Shown here in pieces: positions 18,384-29,814 of a stretch of 64,000 bases of DNA. The position numbers and the translations under genes were made by a program. Under the pieces are notes generated by a model, which made no database searches, had not been told where the DNA came from, and worked only from the letters and a program-made list of their open reading frames with translations. Source of the DNA: a bacterium (lineage in GTDB: Bacteria; Fidelibacterota; Fidelibacteria; Fidelibacterales; Fidelibacteraceae); NCBI GenBank assembly GCA_963676395.1, contig OY781066.1:896001-960000 (forward strand), in the 5' to 3' direction. The first letter of the stretch is position 1. Each line of letters opens with the position of its first letter.

Positions 18384-20285
18384 CTACTTACTTTGAATTA
18401 TTTCTACAATGCTCTCAACACTAGCGGTTTTAATATCAAGCGTTACATCCGGATTTTTAGGTATCTCGTAAGGCGAATCAACGCCTGCGAGGTGTTGTAG
18501 TTTTCCTTCTTCAGCAAGTTTATATAATTCAGGTGCGTGTATTTTGCTTGTTTCAAGATCCGTAGACATATATACCAATGAAAATCTGTCTTCACCAATG
18601 ATCTTTTTAACCTGTTTTCTAATATCTTTTAAGGGCGAAATAAAAGTACAGATCACAATAATACCCTGATCGTTTAAAAGGCGACACACTTCGGCAACAC
18701 GACGTAAATGCTCAGCGCGGTCTGCCGATGAATAATCCAGCTCCTTGGATAATCCGGCACGAACTTTGTTGCCGTCCAGCAAGACAGTCACATGTCCAAG
18801 ATCAAATAGTCGTTTTTCCAGCATATAAGCAACATCGGTTTTACCGCTGCCGTGAAGACCAGTGATCCAAATGGTCTGACCCTTTTGTTGCATCTTTGCT
18901 TCACGTTCTTTTAGAGAAACTAAACTTTCACCTTCAGCAACCTTTTTTCTATCGGCATCCGAAATACGATTCGGCAGATCTTCGGCAGATACGCGATCGA
19001 TGATCATACCAACGGCACAGGTATTATGCGTCACGGGATCGATCAAGATAAATGACCCTGTTTCACGATTTTTTTCATAGGCATCAAAGAATAAGGTCTT
19101 CGATGTTGTCACCACCACACGACCAATCTCATTTAGTTTAAAGTAATCCACTTCTGAGCGATGCATAGAATTGACATCTATCTTATAGCGGATCTTGTCA
19201 ATACGAGCTTTGGTCAGATTCGTGGTTTGTTTGATAATAAAATTTGTATTCGGATTCATCTCATTTTCATCCATCCATACCAACATGGCTTCAAAATGTC
19301 GTTCCACTCTGGGTTGGTTATGTGGATGTACCAGCATATCACCGCGCGAAATATCAATTTCGTCTTCAAGTGTCACCGTTACGCTTTCAGGTGGAAATGC
19401 ATAATCCTGCTCACCATCATAAGTAACAATCTCCTTGACCCTAGATGTTTTGCGCGACGGCAATACCATCAGCTCATCACCCTTACGGACAATACCGGAG
19501 GCAACCTTTGCTGAAAAACCACGGAAATTATGTTCGGGACGCAACACATACTGTACCGGATAACGGAGATCGGTAAAGTTACGATCTGAAGATACATGAA
19601 TAGTTTCCAACAATTCAAGGATCGGCTGACCATTGTACCATGTCATGTTTTGGGACAAGTTCACAACATTATCACCATTAAGTGCCGACATTGGAATAAA
19701 ATGCACATCCGGGATATCTAATCGAGTTAAAAAAGCTTTATAATCTTCACAAATACTATTAAAGACGTCCTGCTTATAGTCAACCAGATCCATTTTATTT
19801 ACAGCTAAAACAACATGCTTAATACCCAATAGAGAGATCAAAAATGTATGGCGTTTAGTCTGAGTGATCACACCTTTGGTGGCATCAACTAGAATAATGG
19901 CCAGGTTAGCAGTTGATGCACCGGTCACCATATTTCGTGTATACTGTTCATGTCCGGGTGTATCGGCAATAATGAATTTACGACGATTCGTTGAAAAATA
20001 ACGATACGCCACATCAATAGTGATACCCTGTTCACGTTCGGCTTTTAATCCATCCAGCAACAGTGCGTAATCAATCTTTTCACCGGCATGGCCCACGCGT
20101 TTAGAATCGCGCTCAAGAGCGACCAATTGATCCTCGTATAAACGTTTTGAATCAAATAACAAACGACCGATCAAGGTTGATTTGCCGTCATCCACCGAAC
20201 CGGCGGTTAATAAACGAAGGAGATCTTTCTTCTCGTCCTGTGCGAGAAATTCCTCTATGTTTAATGCTTTTGTTTTGTCTTCCAT
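18384..20285 (-). CDS. cysNC: Sulfate adenylyltransferase subunit 1 with C-terminal APS-kinase-like domain
   Basis: [36 protein letters not shown], then [12 protein letters not shown] fold. Confidence 0.95.
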   Translation of the reverse strand: MEDKTKALNIEEFLAQDEKKDLLRLLTAGSVDDGKSTLIGRLLFDSKRLYEDQLVALERDSKRVGHAGEKIDYALLLDGLKAEREQGITIDVAYRYFSTNRRKFIIADTPGHEQYTRNMVTGASTANLAIILVDATKGVITQTKRHTFLISLLGIKHVVLAVNKMDLVDYKQDVFNSICEDYKAFLTRLDIPDVHFIPMSALNGDNVVNLSQNMTWYNGQPILELLETIHVSSDRNFTDLRYPVQYVLRPEHNFRGFSAKVASGIVRKGDELMVLPSRKTSRVKEIVTYDGEQDYAFPPESVTVTLEDEIDISRGDMLVHPHNQPRVERHFEAMLVWMDENEMNPNTNFIIKQTTNLTKARIDKIRYKIDVNSMHRSEVDYFKLNEIGRVVVTTSKTLFFDAYEKNRETGSFILIDPVTHNTCAVGMIIDRVSAEDLPNRISDADRKKVAEGESLVSLKEREAKMQQKGQTIWITGLHGSGKTDVAYMLEKRLFDLGHVTVLLDGNKVRAGLSKELDYSSADRAEHLRRVAEVCRLLNDQGIIVICTFISPLKDIRKQVKKIIGEDRFSLVYMSTDLETSKIHAPELYKLAEEGKLQHLAGVDSPYEIPKNPDVTLDIKTASVESIVEIIQSK

Positions 20286-20354
20286 GGTGTCCTGTATCTT
20301 TTATGTGTAGGAAACCCCGCAGCTTCGGGGAGACCGTTCCTTACATTTAATAAT

Positions 20355-21269
20355 TTAGAAATAGCCTTCGCGTTTTTTCTGTTCCATACTCGCTTCCTGA
20401 TCAAAATCGATCACGCGAGTGGTACGTTCGGATTCGGTGGTGGTCATCATTTCTTCTACGATCTTTTCAATGGTGTCGGCTTCGGATCTTACCGCACCGG
20501 TGAGAGGATAACAACCCAATGTTCTGAATCTGACCATTTCCATTTTCGCTTTAGCGGCCAATTCTTTTGGCATTCGCTCATCGTCAACCAAGATCAATGC
20601 GCCGTTGTATTCAACTACGGGACGTTCTTTTGCGTAGTACAAAGGAACAATGGGAATATTTTCCAAACGGATATATTGCCAAACATCCAATTCAGTCCAA
20701 TTTGAAATCGGAAAAACACGAATAGATTCACCTTTCATTACCCGGGTATTATAGTTCGCCCACAATTCGGGACGCTGATTTTTGGGATCCCATTGATGAA
20801 ATTGATCACGAAATGAAAAAATACGTTCTTTCGCTCGTGATTTTTCCTCATCTCGTCTAGCTCCACCGAATGCCGCATCAAAACCGTGCTTATTCAAGCC
20901 GGCAAGAAGTGCCTGAGTTTTCATGATATCGGTATGAACTTTTGATCCATGCGTAAAAGGACCCACGCCACTCTCAAAACCTTCTTTATTATAATGAACG
21001 ATCAAATCCCAACCTTTTTCTTTGGCATAATTATCTCTAAAATCAATCATTTCCCTGAACTTCCATTTAGAATCAATATGCATCAAAGGAAAAGGAACTT
21101 TTCCGGGGTAAAATGCTTTTTCGGCCAAGCGAACCATCACAGAAGAATCCTTCCCAATGGAGTAAAGCATAACCGGATTTTCAAATTCTGCAGCCACCTC
21201 ACGTATAATGTGAATGGCCTCTGCTTCAAGTTCTCTCAAATGCGAGAGCGAATAATTTTCTATACTCAT
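20355..21269 (-). CDS. cysD: Sulfate adenylyltransferase subunit 2
   Basis: [43 protein letters not shown]. Confidence 0.97.
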   Translation of the reverse strand: MSIENYSLSHLRELEAEAIHIIREVAAEFENPVMLYSIGKDSSVMVRLAEKAFYPGKVPFPLMHIDSKWKFREMIDFRDNYAKEKGWDLIVHYNKEGFESGVGPFTHGSKVHTDIMKTQALLAGLNKHGFDAAFGGARRDEEKSRAKERIFSFRDQFHQWDPKNQRPELWANYNTRVMKGESIRVFPISNWTELDVWQYIRLENIPIVPLYYAKERPVVEYNGALILVDDERMPKELAAKAKMEMVRFRTLGCYPLTGAVRSEADTIEKIVEEMMTTTESERTTRVIDFDQEASMEQKKREGYF

Positions 21270-21871
21270 TTCGTCTCAATAATATGGTTTTCGATTAAAT
21301 ATTGTATCACAATGCCTGCAGATTCCTCCAGGCTTTCTTTATTTGTATTTACAATGATCTCAGGTTCTTCGGGAGCTTCATATGGTGAGCTGATCCCGGT
21401 GAAAGCCTTGATCTCATGACTTCTTGCTTTAGCATATAAACCTTTTACATCGCGTTGTTCGCAGACCTCCAGAGGACAGTCAACAAATACTTCAATAAAG
21501 CGTCCTTTTTCAAGAATGCTTCTCACTTGGGCTCTATCATCCATAAAGGGTGAAATAAAGGCCGTCAGCGTAATCAATCCGGCATCTGTAAACAGTTTAC
21601 TTACCTCGCCAATACGGCGAATGTTTTCTTTTCGATCTTCGTCGGAAAACCCAAGATCACCATTCAAACCGTGGCGTACATTATCACCATCAAGGATATA
21701 CGATGGATAACCCATGTCATATAATTTTTTTTCCACAGCTTCGGCGACGGTACTTTTACCCGAGCCGGAAAGTCCGGTAAACCACAAGCAAACACCTTTC
21801 TGTTTCAGCAGAGCTTCGCGATCTTTTTGACTAATGGCGTGATCCTGCCATTTTACATTTGTAGACTTCAT
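21266..21871 (-). CDS. cysC: Adenylyl-sulfate kinase
   Basis: [49 protein letters not shown]. Confidence 0.97.
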   Translation of the reverse strand: MKSTNVKWQDHAISQKDREALLKQKGVCLWFTGLSGSGKSTVAEAVEKKLYDMGYPSYILDGDNVRHGLNGDLGFSDEDRKENIRRIGEVSKLFTDAGLITLTAFISPFMDDRAQVRSILEKGRFIEVFVDCPLEVCEQRDVKGLYAKARSHEIKAFTGISSPYEAPEEPEIIVNTNKESLEESAGIVIQYLIENHIIETK

Positions 21872-23085
21872 TTTTTCAAGGCCTCCAAAAAGGGCATCAA
21901 ATGTACACGGGGTACATTCATACCTAATTCGATATCCGGCTTTATGCTACCATGAAAATCGGAGCCTGCCGTCACTAACAAATCATATTTTTTTGCGTAT
22001 CGTAAGTACTCTTTTTGTTCTTCTTTACTGTGTTTAGAGTAATAAGCTTCAATTCCCATTAGGCCATAGCTCTTTAATTCAGCGATCAGTGCTTCTAATT
22101 CTTCACCCTTAAGCTTGGTTTGATAAGGATGAGCAATCACCGGAATACCACCGGCATCCAGAATTAATCTTATCGCATCTTTGGGTGCAAGTCGCTGTTT
22201 ATCCATATACAAAGGTTGGCCTTTAGCCAGATATTTATCAAAAGCTTCCTGATAACTTGTAACATAGCCCTTCGCCAACATCAAGTTGGCGAAATGAGGA
22301 CGACCGATCATTCCACCTTTAGCTTCTTCTAACAACTCATCCATTGTGATATGAAAGCCTTCCTTTGCCATTTTTTTCAACATGGTTTCATTGCGTTTTC
22401 GGCGAGCCTCCTGCAAGAATGTCAAACTTGTTTTCAGCCCTTCATGATCGGGATGAAAGCCATAACCTAAAATGTGTAAAGTGCCTTTGTATTCAGCGGA
22501 GATCTCAACGCCTGGAATATAAGTCAATCCTTCCGGCACCATGCCGATGTGTGAAACATGGTCAAAATTATCGTGATCGGTGATAGAGATATACTCACAT
22601 TTTTCTTCAACTGCCTTCGCGATCAGCTCTTTGGGTGTCATCGTACCATCGGAATACGTCGTGTGTGAGTGCAAATCAATTGAGATATTCAACTGATAGC
22701 TCAAATTCCATACACGCTCATGTAAATAGTAACCAATGGTTTTTATCACGGTTTCTATCAGTGCCGCCCACCCGGCCCATATAGGTTCATTGGTAACCAG
22801 TAAAACCAGAACCAGCGTATCCAACATAGCAACACCACGCCAGGTAAGGGTTTTTAACAAAGAACGAAGCTTGCTGCCTTTCACCGGCTTATTGATCAAT
22901 GCCCACCCTTTTTCATGCAACCAATACAGTCCCATTTTAGTGAAAAATTCCGCTCCAACAATGGAAACTGCCGCGATCATATCGCGTGACAACATAAAAA
23001 TTATAGAAATAGTTAAAACGGACGCAATAATGCGCCAAGAGATGGTTTTAACCAATGCTCGGTTTTTTAGGATAAATTTGTTCAA
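21868..23085 (-). CDS. Fusion of tandem DUF2061-like membrane domains with a PHP phosphoesterase (TrpH/YciV-like)
   Basis: Two repeats KT(I/L)(S/T)WR...Y(W/Y)LHE(K/R)xW, then [40 protein letters not shown]. Confidence 0.85.
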   Translation of the reverse strand: MNKFILKNRALVKTISWRIIASVLTISIIFMLSRDMIAAVSIVGAEFFTKMGLYWLHEKGWALINKPVKGSKLRSLLKTLTWRGVAMLDTLVLVLLVTNEPIWAGWAALIETVIKTIGYYLHERVWNLSYQLNISIDLHSHTTYSDGTMTPKELIAKAVEEKCEYISITDHDNFDHVSHIGMVPEGLTYIPGVEISAEYKGTLHILGYGFHPDHEGLKTSLTFLQEARRKRNETMLKKMAKEGFHITMDELLEEAKGGMIGRPHFANLMLAKGYVTSYQEAFDKYLAKGQPLYMDKQRLAPKDAIRLILDAGGIPVIAHPYQTKLKGEELEALIAELKSYGLMGIEAYYSKHSKEEQKEYLRYAKKYDLLVTAGSDFHGSIKPDIELGMNVPRVHLMPFLEALKK

Positions 23086-23225
23086 AAAGCAGTCCTGTGT
23101 GTAAAAATATCAATGTGTAATATAGGTTTTTGCGAAGTAAATAGAAATGAAAATCGTGAGGCGCGGAGACTCAAAATGTCAAATTTAATGAATCAAAGTG
23201 ATTCGAGAGTCATCTATAAAAACAT

Positions 23226-23255
23226 AAGAAAGAAGAGGCACGCAAAACGTGCCTC
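23226..23255 (-). terminator. Intrinsic terminator after pepC
   Basis: GAGGCACG-N5-CGTGCCTC followed by TTCTTTCTT on the minus strand. Confidence 0.6.
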
Positions 23256-23342
23256 CCAAAAGACTCAACTTTCAATTATTTATTAAGTGCTAAAATAATC
23301 TTTATGTTGTTTTTTTAGTTTTATTTTATGCCTTGACTTCGA

Positions 23343-24680
23343 CTACGCCAAAGACCCCATCGGATCCCACGGTTTCAATTCGATTGGCTTAGTTTCCCAT
23401 GCGGCAAGCTGTTCCTGACTAAGATATTTCTTATCGATCACGATCTGATAAACATATTCATCAAACCATTTGTCACTCATTACAAAATAACCTTTATCGC
23501 CGTTCTTTTCACCCCAGCTGTTCTCAACCTTCCAACGATTAGGTTTTCCCTCCACCAAATTTACACCGGCAATAACCATAGCATGAGTCATGAGACTTTC
23601 ACCATAATCCAAACGACCGGCTTTATCAAGGGTAAATTCGACATCTAAAACATCTTCATAAGCATAAACATCTTCATCAAGAATGCCACGTTCGCGTTTC
23701 ATTTTTTTACCAACATCCGAACCGAACCATACAGGTTCATTATCCATCAGCGGCTTAAGCGTGAGCGCTTTGAATTCACTCATATCCAAATTCAAATACT
23801 TGACCGAATTACCACCTTCGACATTTCCCAAGTACTGAACCGTGTAAGTCTTATTAAAAGGCTTATCTTTTGTTGGCGCATTGATAATGGAAATATAATT
23901 TTTCAGATCCATGCCTACATATTTTTCATAAAATGACTTAGGTGTCAAGTTGCGTTCCGCAATGAAATTTTTATCTTTATCCACAACCTCAAAATCAAAC
24001 TCCATCGGTGGAATCCCCAGAAATAGCGTCAATTGTCTGTAAAATTCTTCCAACATGGTTTTCTTGCAAGAATACAACTGCTCAAGACTTTTTCCTTTTG
24101 CGTATGCCTCACGAAGTTTTTGCGCATTACCCCGGAGAATCAGCGTAAGGATCTGATTCATACGTGATGAATTTGAGCTGTGGAAAGTTTCCGGCATCAC
24201 GGCTTTTGGCACCACACCATATTTATCGATCAAGGCGGTAAACATATCCCACTGACCACCATCTTGCAACGGACTGGCAAGCAACCACATGATCAAGCGA
24301 GAGTCGACATCCTCATCCAATGTTTCAAGGATATTTTCTAAAAAGTAGTTCGCTTTTTCAAGTTTATCAAAAAACATGGCATATGATTGAGATAATTCAA
24401 ATTCTTTTAAATTTAACTTTTGCATCACTTTAAAACGCATGGTATTTAAACCGGCAAACAACCAGCAACGACCACTACGTTGTTGATCTGTGATCTTACC
24501 TGTTTCTATATCGATCGAAAATGTATGCTGCTGTAAAGATGCGGCTTTGTGATCCAGTGAAGCTTCGTCCAATCCTACATTTAAAATAGAATTGCGAACC
24601 ATCGCGTCTCGTTTATTTTCTTTGGCGGCTGATTCCAGTTTTTTATACCAGTCGGCAGAAATAGCTGTACGTTTATTCAT
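23343..24680 (-). CDS. pepC: Aminopeptidase C / bleomycin hydrolase (peptidase C1B)
   Basis: QQRSGRCWLFA, DGGQWDM, MTHAM, WKVENSWG, C-terminal WDPMGSLA. Confidence 0.97.
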   Translation of the reverse strand: MNKRTAISADWYKKLESAAKENKRDAMVRNSILNVGLDEASLDHKAASLQQHTFSIDIETGKITDQQRSGRCWLFAGLNTMRFKVMQKLNLKEFELSQSYAMFFDKLEKANYFLENILETLDEDVDSRLIMWLLASPLQDGGQWDMFTALIDKYGVVPKAVMPETFHSSNSSRMNQILTLILRGNAQKLREAYAKGKSLEQLYSCKKTMLEEFYRQLTLFLGIPPMEFDFEVVDKDKNFIAERNLTPKSFYEKYVGMDLKNYISIINAPTKDKPFNKTYTVQYLGNVEGGNSVKYLNLDMSEFKALTLKPLMDNEPVWFGSDVGKKMKRERGILDEDVYAYEDVLDVEFTLDKAGRLDYGESLMTHAMVIAGVNLVEGKPNRWKVENSWGEKNGDKGYFVMSDKWFDEYVYQIVIDKKYLSQEQLAAWETKPIELKPWDPMGSLA

Positions 24681-24918
24681 ATATGATCTCCTTTAATTTG
24701 TGGAAAATTTACAACAATATGAGGCAAGAGACAAACCTCAAGAAACAATAATAGTTAATTTACTCTTCTTAAAATTATATGTATGATTCGAGTTATATTA
24801 CCACCATCAATTCAATTAATTTTTAATATTATTCGTTATTAGATTATTCATTGCCAACTATTCTCTTGCCCTTCCACGCTTTTTTCCCGAATTTACATCA
24901 TCAACCTAAGGAGATTCC

Positions 24919-25572
24919 ATGAAAACGTTTAATCATGTTTTGATCATTACTTTAGCTGCACTTACTCTTCTTTCCTGTGGGTCACAATCCAAAACTTATT
25001 ATCCCATGGAAAAAGGATTAACGTTAAGCTACAGCATCGACGGCGATCTTAAAACCATAGAATATTTCGGAGAAAGAAAACTCGAAGGTAAAAAAGTGAT
25101 ACCTTTAAAGATCACAAAAGGCGAGGATATTTCCTTTATGTTCTTTTCAAAGAATGGCAAAGGCGTTTCGATATTTGCCGAACAAACTGCCAATATGAGT
25201 GAGCCGGTAATTTTTGAAGAACCCGAACTACTATACGCCGAACCTTTTAAGGCGAAACAAAGCTGGAAACGCAATTTAACAACAACACTCATGATGGTTA
25301 AAGAACAAGTTCCCATGACCTATGTCATTCAAAAAGGAACTGAAACTGTCACAGTTGCTGCCGGTACTTTTAACAAATGCATGAAAGTGATCGCTACCGG
25401 ATCTATCGAACGTGAAAAAGGTCTTTGGGGTACAGTGAGACTTGATGTCACTCGCACAGATTGGTATGCACCAAAAGTCGGACTGATCAAATCGGTCGTT
25501 CATAAAGTGGCAAACCATGTGATGGTTGGTGAAGAAACCAAGATCACGCAGTTGACAGAATATAAAAAATAA
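24919..25572 (+). CDS. Hypothetical lipoprotein
   Basis: Lipobox LLSC; ETVTVAAGTF..C and WYAPKVGLIK motifs seen in DUF3108-like beta proteins. Confidence 0.75.
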   Translation: MKTFNHVLIITLAALTLLSCGSQSKTYYPMEKGLTLSYSIDGDLKTIEYFGERKLEGKKVIPLKITKGEDISFMFFSKNGKGVSIFAEQTANMSEPVIFEEPELLYAEPFKAKQSWKRNLTTTLMMVKEQVPMTYVIQKGTETVTVAAGTFNKCMKVIATGSIEREKGLWGTVRLDVTRTDWYAPKVGLIKSVVHKVANHVMVGEETKITQLTEYKK

Positions 25573-25596
25573 GTCAATTGATATATGATAATAAAT

Positions 25597-25630
25597 ACAA
25601 GGAACGGTCACGACCGTTCCTTACTTTTTT
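25597..25630. repeat. GTA(A/G)-type REP palindrome, probably also acting as terminator
   Basis: aaggaacggtcacgaccgttccttac plus T-run; related copies at 20307-20344, 43285-43353, 47113-47150. Confidence 0.75.
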
Positions 25631-25758
25631 TATAAGATGATTTTTTATCGGTTGCTATAATTCTAGATATTGTAAAATCGTTATTGTAAGAAGAGACTTA
25701 AATATACTCCCGCACTACGTTTCCGTGGATAGGCTATCGTGTCTCTGCATTTTACAAT

Positions 25759-26214
25759 TTACGAAATCGCGTCAATCCTTAGGCTGATCTTACGCGCGTG
25801 TCCAATTTCTTGCAAACGCAATTCATCAAATACGTTGACAATATCATCGGAAATATAAGAAAGAGTCATCAACATCGAATAAGTTAATTCCGTGTTTTTT
25901 TCTCGTTCCAATGCAACTTTCAACACTTCCAAAGCTGTAGGATCTTCAGGGATCACAGACGTTTGAACGACTTTATTCATAATGCTCGTATCAACTTCCA
26001 TTTCTTTTAATAATGTGTCCGCTGCGACCTTTTCTTCGTCGAGCAATTCTTTTAATCGATTTTGATGATCGATCTCTTCGCTCGAAAGTTTTACCAAAAG
26101 ATCTTTTACATCGCCGGCTTCAATTTTTTGGGATGCTCGTGTGTAAAATTGAAAACTTTCGTTTTCGATCTTGATAGCATACTCAATGATCTCTTTGACT
26201 GTAAATATTTTCAT
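25759..26214 (-). CDS. Ferritin-like (rubrerythrin-domain) protein
   Basis: Diiron-type motifs IENES..FY, EEIDH, EREK, QEIGH; no rubredoxin CxxC. Confidence 0.85.
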   Translation of the reverse strand: MKIFTVKEIIEYAIKIENESFQFYTRASQKIEAGDVKDLLVKLSSEEIDHQNRLKELLDEEKVAADTLLKEMEVDTSIMNKVVQTSVIPEDPTALEVLKVALEREKNTELTYSMLMTLSYISDDIVNVFDELRLQEIGHARKISLRIDAIS

Positions 26215-26291
26215 TTTAGCCTCGTTATTTCTAACAAAATAATGTTCGTTTATAAAGGCGAATACATAGATCAGCCCCTACATTCGGATTT

Positions 26292-28082
26292 TTATGCTTG
26301 ATTCAGGTATTTATCAATTCCCTTGGCCGCGCGATGTCCATCGGCAATGGCAGTAATGGCATCGGTGCCTCCGGTGATATCGCCACCGACAAACAACCAT
26401 GGAATTGAACTCTGTGAAAAGGCATCGACTTTTACACGATTGCGCTCTGTCATTGCAAGTTCTTCATCCAAATCTTCGCTCATGTAGTTTATATCCATAC
26501 CTTGACCGATAGCCTCAACAATCTGATCTGCTTCAAAGAAATTACTGTCATCTTTATCGAACTTAGGATTAAATCTGCCTTCTTCATCAAATACACTTAA
26601 ACAACGGATCACATTCAATCCCTTGATCTTATCGTTTTCGATCTTAATATCCTTAGGACCCCATCCGGCATTGATCACAACATTTTCTTCACGAGATTCT
26701 ACGATCTCTTCTAAGTCTGCAGGCATCACATCTTCGGTTTCAAGGGAAGTCAAAATCAGCTGAACCTTGCCATACTTTTGATTTTGTATGCGTGCCATGG
26801 TCCTTGCGATATCCATAGCAACATTTCCACCACCAATTACGACAACCTTTTCGGCGACTTCGATCTCTTTGCCGTCGGTCACATCACGAAGCAGATCCAC
26901 TGCTTGGAATACCATCGAATGATCTGTTCCCGCTACACGCGTTGAACGACCCAAATGCAAACCGGTCGCAGAGAAAACGGCATCATTTTCTTTATGCAGT
27001 TTTTTCATGCTGATATCTTTACCGACACGCGTATTAAAAATAAACTCTACACCCAGGTCTTTAATATATTGAATATCTTTATCCAATTGGTCGTAAGGTA
27101 AACGATATTCGGGAATACCGTAACGAGTCATACCACCGGGTTCCGCCATTGCTTCATAAACCTTAATTTGATAACCTAAGTTGGCAAGATAATATGCGGC
27201 AGACAGGCCACCTGGACCGGCGCCAATAATAGCGATCTTCTTGTCTTTCTGTTCAAAGCCGTCGGCTCCCAGGATATCTTTATATTTTTCAATGGGAACC
27301 TGGTCGGCAATATAACGCTTCAGCCAGCGAATAGATAATGGATCGCCCTTGTATTGCATAGCACAAACCGTTTCACAGTTGTGAGTACATACACGGCCAC
27401 AAACTTCGGGAAGCGGGTTGGTTTCATAAAGAATTCTCAAACCTTCTTCCATATCGTCATTTCGTATGGCTTTAATGTATTGGGGAATGCCCATGTGTGC
27501 CGGGCAAGTGGCAATACAAATACCGCATTCAACGCAACGGTCGGCTTCTTTGATCGCTTGTTCTTTTGAATATCCCTTAACGATCTCTATAAATGACTTA
27601 TCGCGATCTTCGGGTTTAAGCTCTTCCATTTGAACGCGTGACGTGGGATACAATTCATAATTATCGGGTTTTCTGTAACCTTTTTCATGATTGTCCCAAG
27701 GCTTGTTCTCGGCACCAGGAACAAAGCGAAATACTTCGGGATCATTATCCACCCATTTAAATTCGTTGGACATGCTCAGAGAACCCGTTGTACAGATATC
27801 CACGCAAAGTCCACACCAACAGCAGCGGCCATAATCAATTTTAGGGCGCAAGCCACTATCGCCGGATTTTGTTTCTTGTCCCTCGACCGGTACCATATCA
27901 ATGGCAGCGTTCTGACAAATCGCTTCGCAAGTTCCGCAACCGATACATGTTTCCATATCATTTTGATGGAAACCACGGTAGCGGTCTGCACCTTCTCGTT
28001 CGAGAGGTTTCTTTATTGTGCCCGGTTCTTGAACAACATTCTTCCAGGCTAAAAAGGGAGAGAGTACATCTTTTAAGCTCAT
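26292..28082 (-). CDS. NuoI/MbxN-like 2x[4Fe-4S] domain fused to GltD/NfnB-type FAD-NAD(P) oxidoreductase
   Basis: YRGFH, CIGCGTCEAIC, CCWCGLCVDIC; then RCVECGICIATCP, CGRVC, GAGPGG, YGIPEYRLP, GGGNVAMD, GGD. Confidence 0.9.
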   Translation of the reverse strand: MSLKDVLSPFLAWKNVVQEPGTIKKPLEREGADRYRGFHQNDMETCIGCGTCEAICQNAAIDMVPVEGQETKSGDSGLRPKIDYGRCCWCGLCVDICTTGSLSMSNEFKWVDNDPEVFRFVPGAENKPWDNHEKGYRKPDNYELYPTSRVQMEELKPEDRDKSFIEIVKGYSKEQAIKEADRCVECGICIATCPAHMGIPQYIKAIRNDDMEEGLRILYETNPLPEVCGRVCTHNCETVCAMQYKGDPLSIRWLKRYIADQVPIEKYKDILGADGFEQKDKKIAIIGAGPGGLSAAYYLANLGYQIKVYEAMAEPGGMTRYGIPEYRLPYDQLDKDIQYIKDLGVEFIFNTRVGKDISMKKLHKENDAVFSATGLHLGRSTRVAGTDHSMVFQAVDLLRDVTDGKEIEVAEKVVVIGGGNVAMDIARTMARIQNQKYGKVQLILTSLETEDVMPADLEEIVESREENVVINAGWGPKDIKIENDKIKGLNVIRCLSVFDEEGRFNPKFDKDDSNFFEADQIVEAIGQGMDINYMSEDLDEELAMTERNRVKVDAFSQSSIPWLFVGGDITGGTDAITAIADGHRAAKGIDKYLNQA

Positions 28083-28086
28083 TCTC

Positions 28087-29265
28087 TTACCTTTCAATTT
28101 CGGGTGGATAGGTATGTAGTGAGGTCATTAATCCCGCCGTATCGGCGATATTACAATCGATGGCCAATTTTTCCATCAAGGCAACGGCATGTGTGTATGA
28201 CGGTCCCCGAACATTCACACGTCGAGGATATCCGCTTCCATCGGTGACAGTATAAAAACCATACTCACCGCGAGTACATTCCGCGCGAACATAAGTCTCA
28301 CCTTTAGGTATCTTCCAGTGCAGCATATTGGGCATCTTAGCCATAAAATCGCCCTTTTTAGGCATTTTTACCAGAATCTGACGAATGAGATCTACGCTCA
28401 TCTTCATTTCCCGGAAACGCAACCAAACACGGTTATAAGCATCGGAGTGCGTATCGGTCAATACCTCAAAATCCAATTCCGGATACTTCAAGTAGGGATA
28501 ATCCTTACGAACGTCTTTAGCCACACCTGCCGCACGGGCGTTTGGTCCTGTTACACCATATTGTTCAACCATTTCAGGAGTAATTATACCAAGATCTTTA
28601 GCACGCAATTTAAAGATACTATTCGAGAAAAGAGTCGATTCTATATCCTTCATTGCGCGTTCAACTTCTTTGAGTGTCTCTTCCATACGACCTTCAAAGC
28701 CTTCGGGAAGTGTCCCGCGGACACCGCCGGGGATAATGAACATACGGTAAATGCGACCTCCGGTGAGTTCTTCAAAACGATCCAACATATAATCACGGAC
28801 CAGATTACTCCACTGTGCAATAATGCCCAATCCAAAAGCGCCACTCTGACCGCCCAACCACATCAAAAAAGATGTAAGTCGTGACATTTCCAGAATGAGT
28901 GTTCTCATCCATTCGGCATATTCGGGGATCTTGATCCCGGCTAATTCTTCTACGGATGCCGCAAAACAATATTCATTAAAATCAGGCTCGGGAACAGCAA
29001 TTCGGCATACCAGCGGAAAGCACTGGATGAACTTACGTCGTTCCATTAATTTTTCAAAACCCCGATGCAGATAACCCACATGGGTTTTACAGCTCATAAC
29101 TTCATCACCTTGCAAGATCAGCTCCAACGACATATTACCGGTAATACCGGGATGCTGAGGTCCCTGCCAAACATGGATGAACTTATGACTTTCAAGATCA
29201 ATGATGTTGGTTCCATCCGGATTTTTGTCGGGGAACTTATCTCTGTATTTTTTCAAGTCAGCCAT
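28087..29265 (-). CDS. NuoD/MbxL-like catalytic-module subunit (no NiFe ligands)
   Basis: GPQHP, GYLHRGFEKL, VPEPD, RGEYG, RGPS, C-terminal PPEIER. Confidence 0.9.
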   Translation of the reverse strand: MADLKKYRDKFPDKNPDGTNIIDLESHKFIHVWQGPQHPGITGNMSLELILQGDEVMSCKTHVGYLHRGFEKLMERRKFIQCFPLVCRIAVPEPDFNEYCFAASVEELAGIKIPEYAEWMRTLILEMSRLTSFLMWLGGQSGAFGLGIIAQWSNLVRDYMLDRFEELTGGRIYRMFIIPGGVRGTLPEGFEGRMEETLKEVERAMKDIESTLFSNSIFKLRAKDLGIITPEMVEQYGVTGPNARAAGVAKDVRKDYPYLKYPELDFEVLTDTHSDAYNRVWLRFREMKMSVDLIRQILVKMPKKGDFMAKMPNMLHWKIPKGETYVRAECTRGEYGFYTVTDGSGYPRRVNVRGPSYTHAVALMEKLAIDCNIADTAGLMTSLHTYPPEIER

Positions 29266-29266
29266 C

Positions 29267-29794
29267 TTATTCCTCCGGATAGAGTTTTTTCTTCATGTAT
29301 TCGGCCGGATCATGCGTCACACGTCCGGGTCTCTCAAAATATGTTTCTTCCGAATACTTCTTGGTATCAAAGTCGCGACGATAAGGCGGGATATCCTGCC
29401 AACCTTCAAGAATGAAAGGCTCGTCGATACGCGGAGAGTTCGGGAAATCGATACCAAACATCTCTTTTAATTCACGCTGATAGGTCGCTGCTTGCTTCCA
29501 TAGGTGATGAATTGAATCCATTTCGGCTTTATCCCGGTCCAACATGACTCTCACCGCAATGTCGATTTTCTTGCTATGATTATTGAGAATATAGGTCAAT
29601 TGAAACTGACCATCTTCCAACCAATCAACCGCCGTCAACAGCACCAAATGTCCAAAACCTGCATCATTTTTCAGATAGCTGATCAATGCCAAAGCATTGA
29701 CCTTTTTAACCGTTAAAAATACTTCGTTGGGACGCTGTTCCACGACCTTGGAAGTAGCAAAACGATCTTTTAATTCTTTTAATAGTTCTTTCAT
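29267..29794 (-). CDS. NuoC/MbxK-like subunit
   Basis: LTAVDW, YQRELKEMFGIDF, LEGW...PPYRRDF. Confidence 0.9.
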   Translation of the reverse strand: MKELLKELKDRFATSKVVEQRPNEVFLTVKKVNALALISYLKNDAGFGHLVLLTAVDWLEDGQFQLTYILNNHSKKIDIAVRVMLDRDKAEMDSIHHLWKQAATYQRELKEMFGIDFPNSPRIDEPFILEGWQDIPPYRRDFDTKKYSEETYFERPGRVTHDPAEYMKKKLYPEE

Positions 29795-29814
29795 GATTGC
29801 TTCCTTGATCGGGT

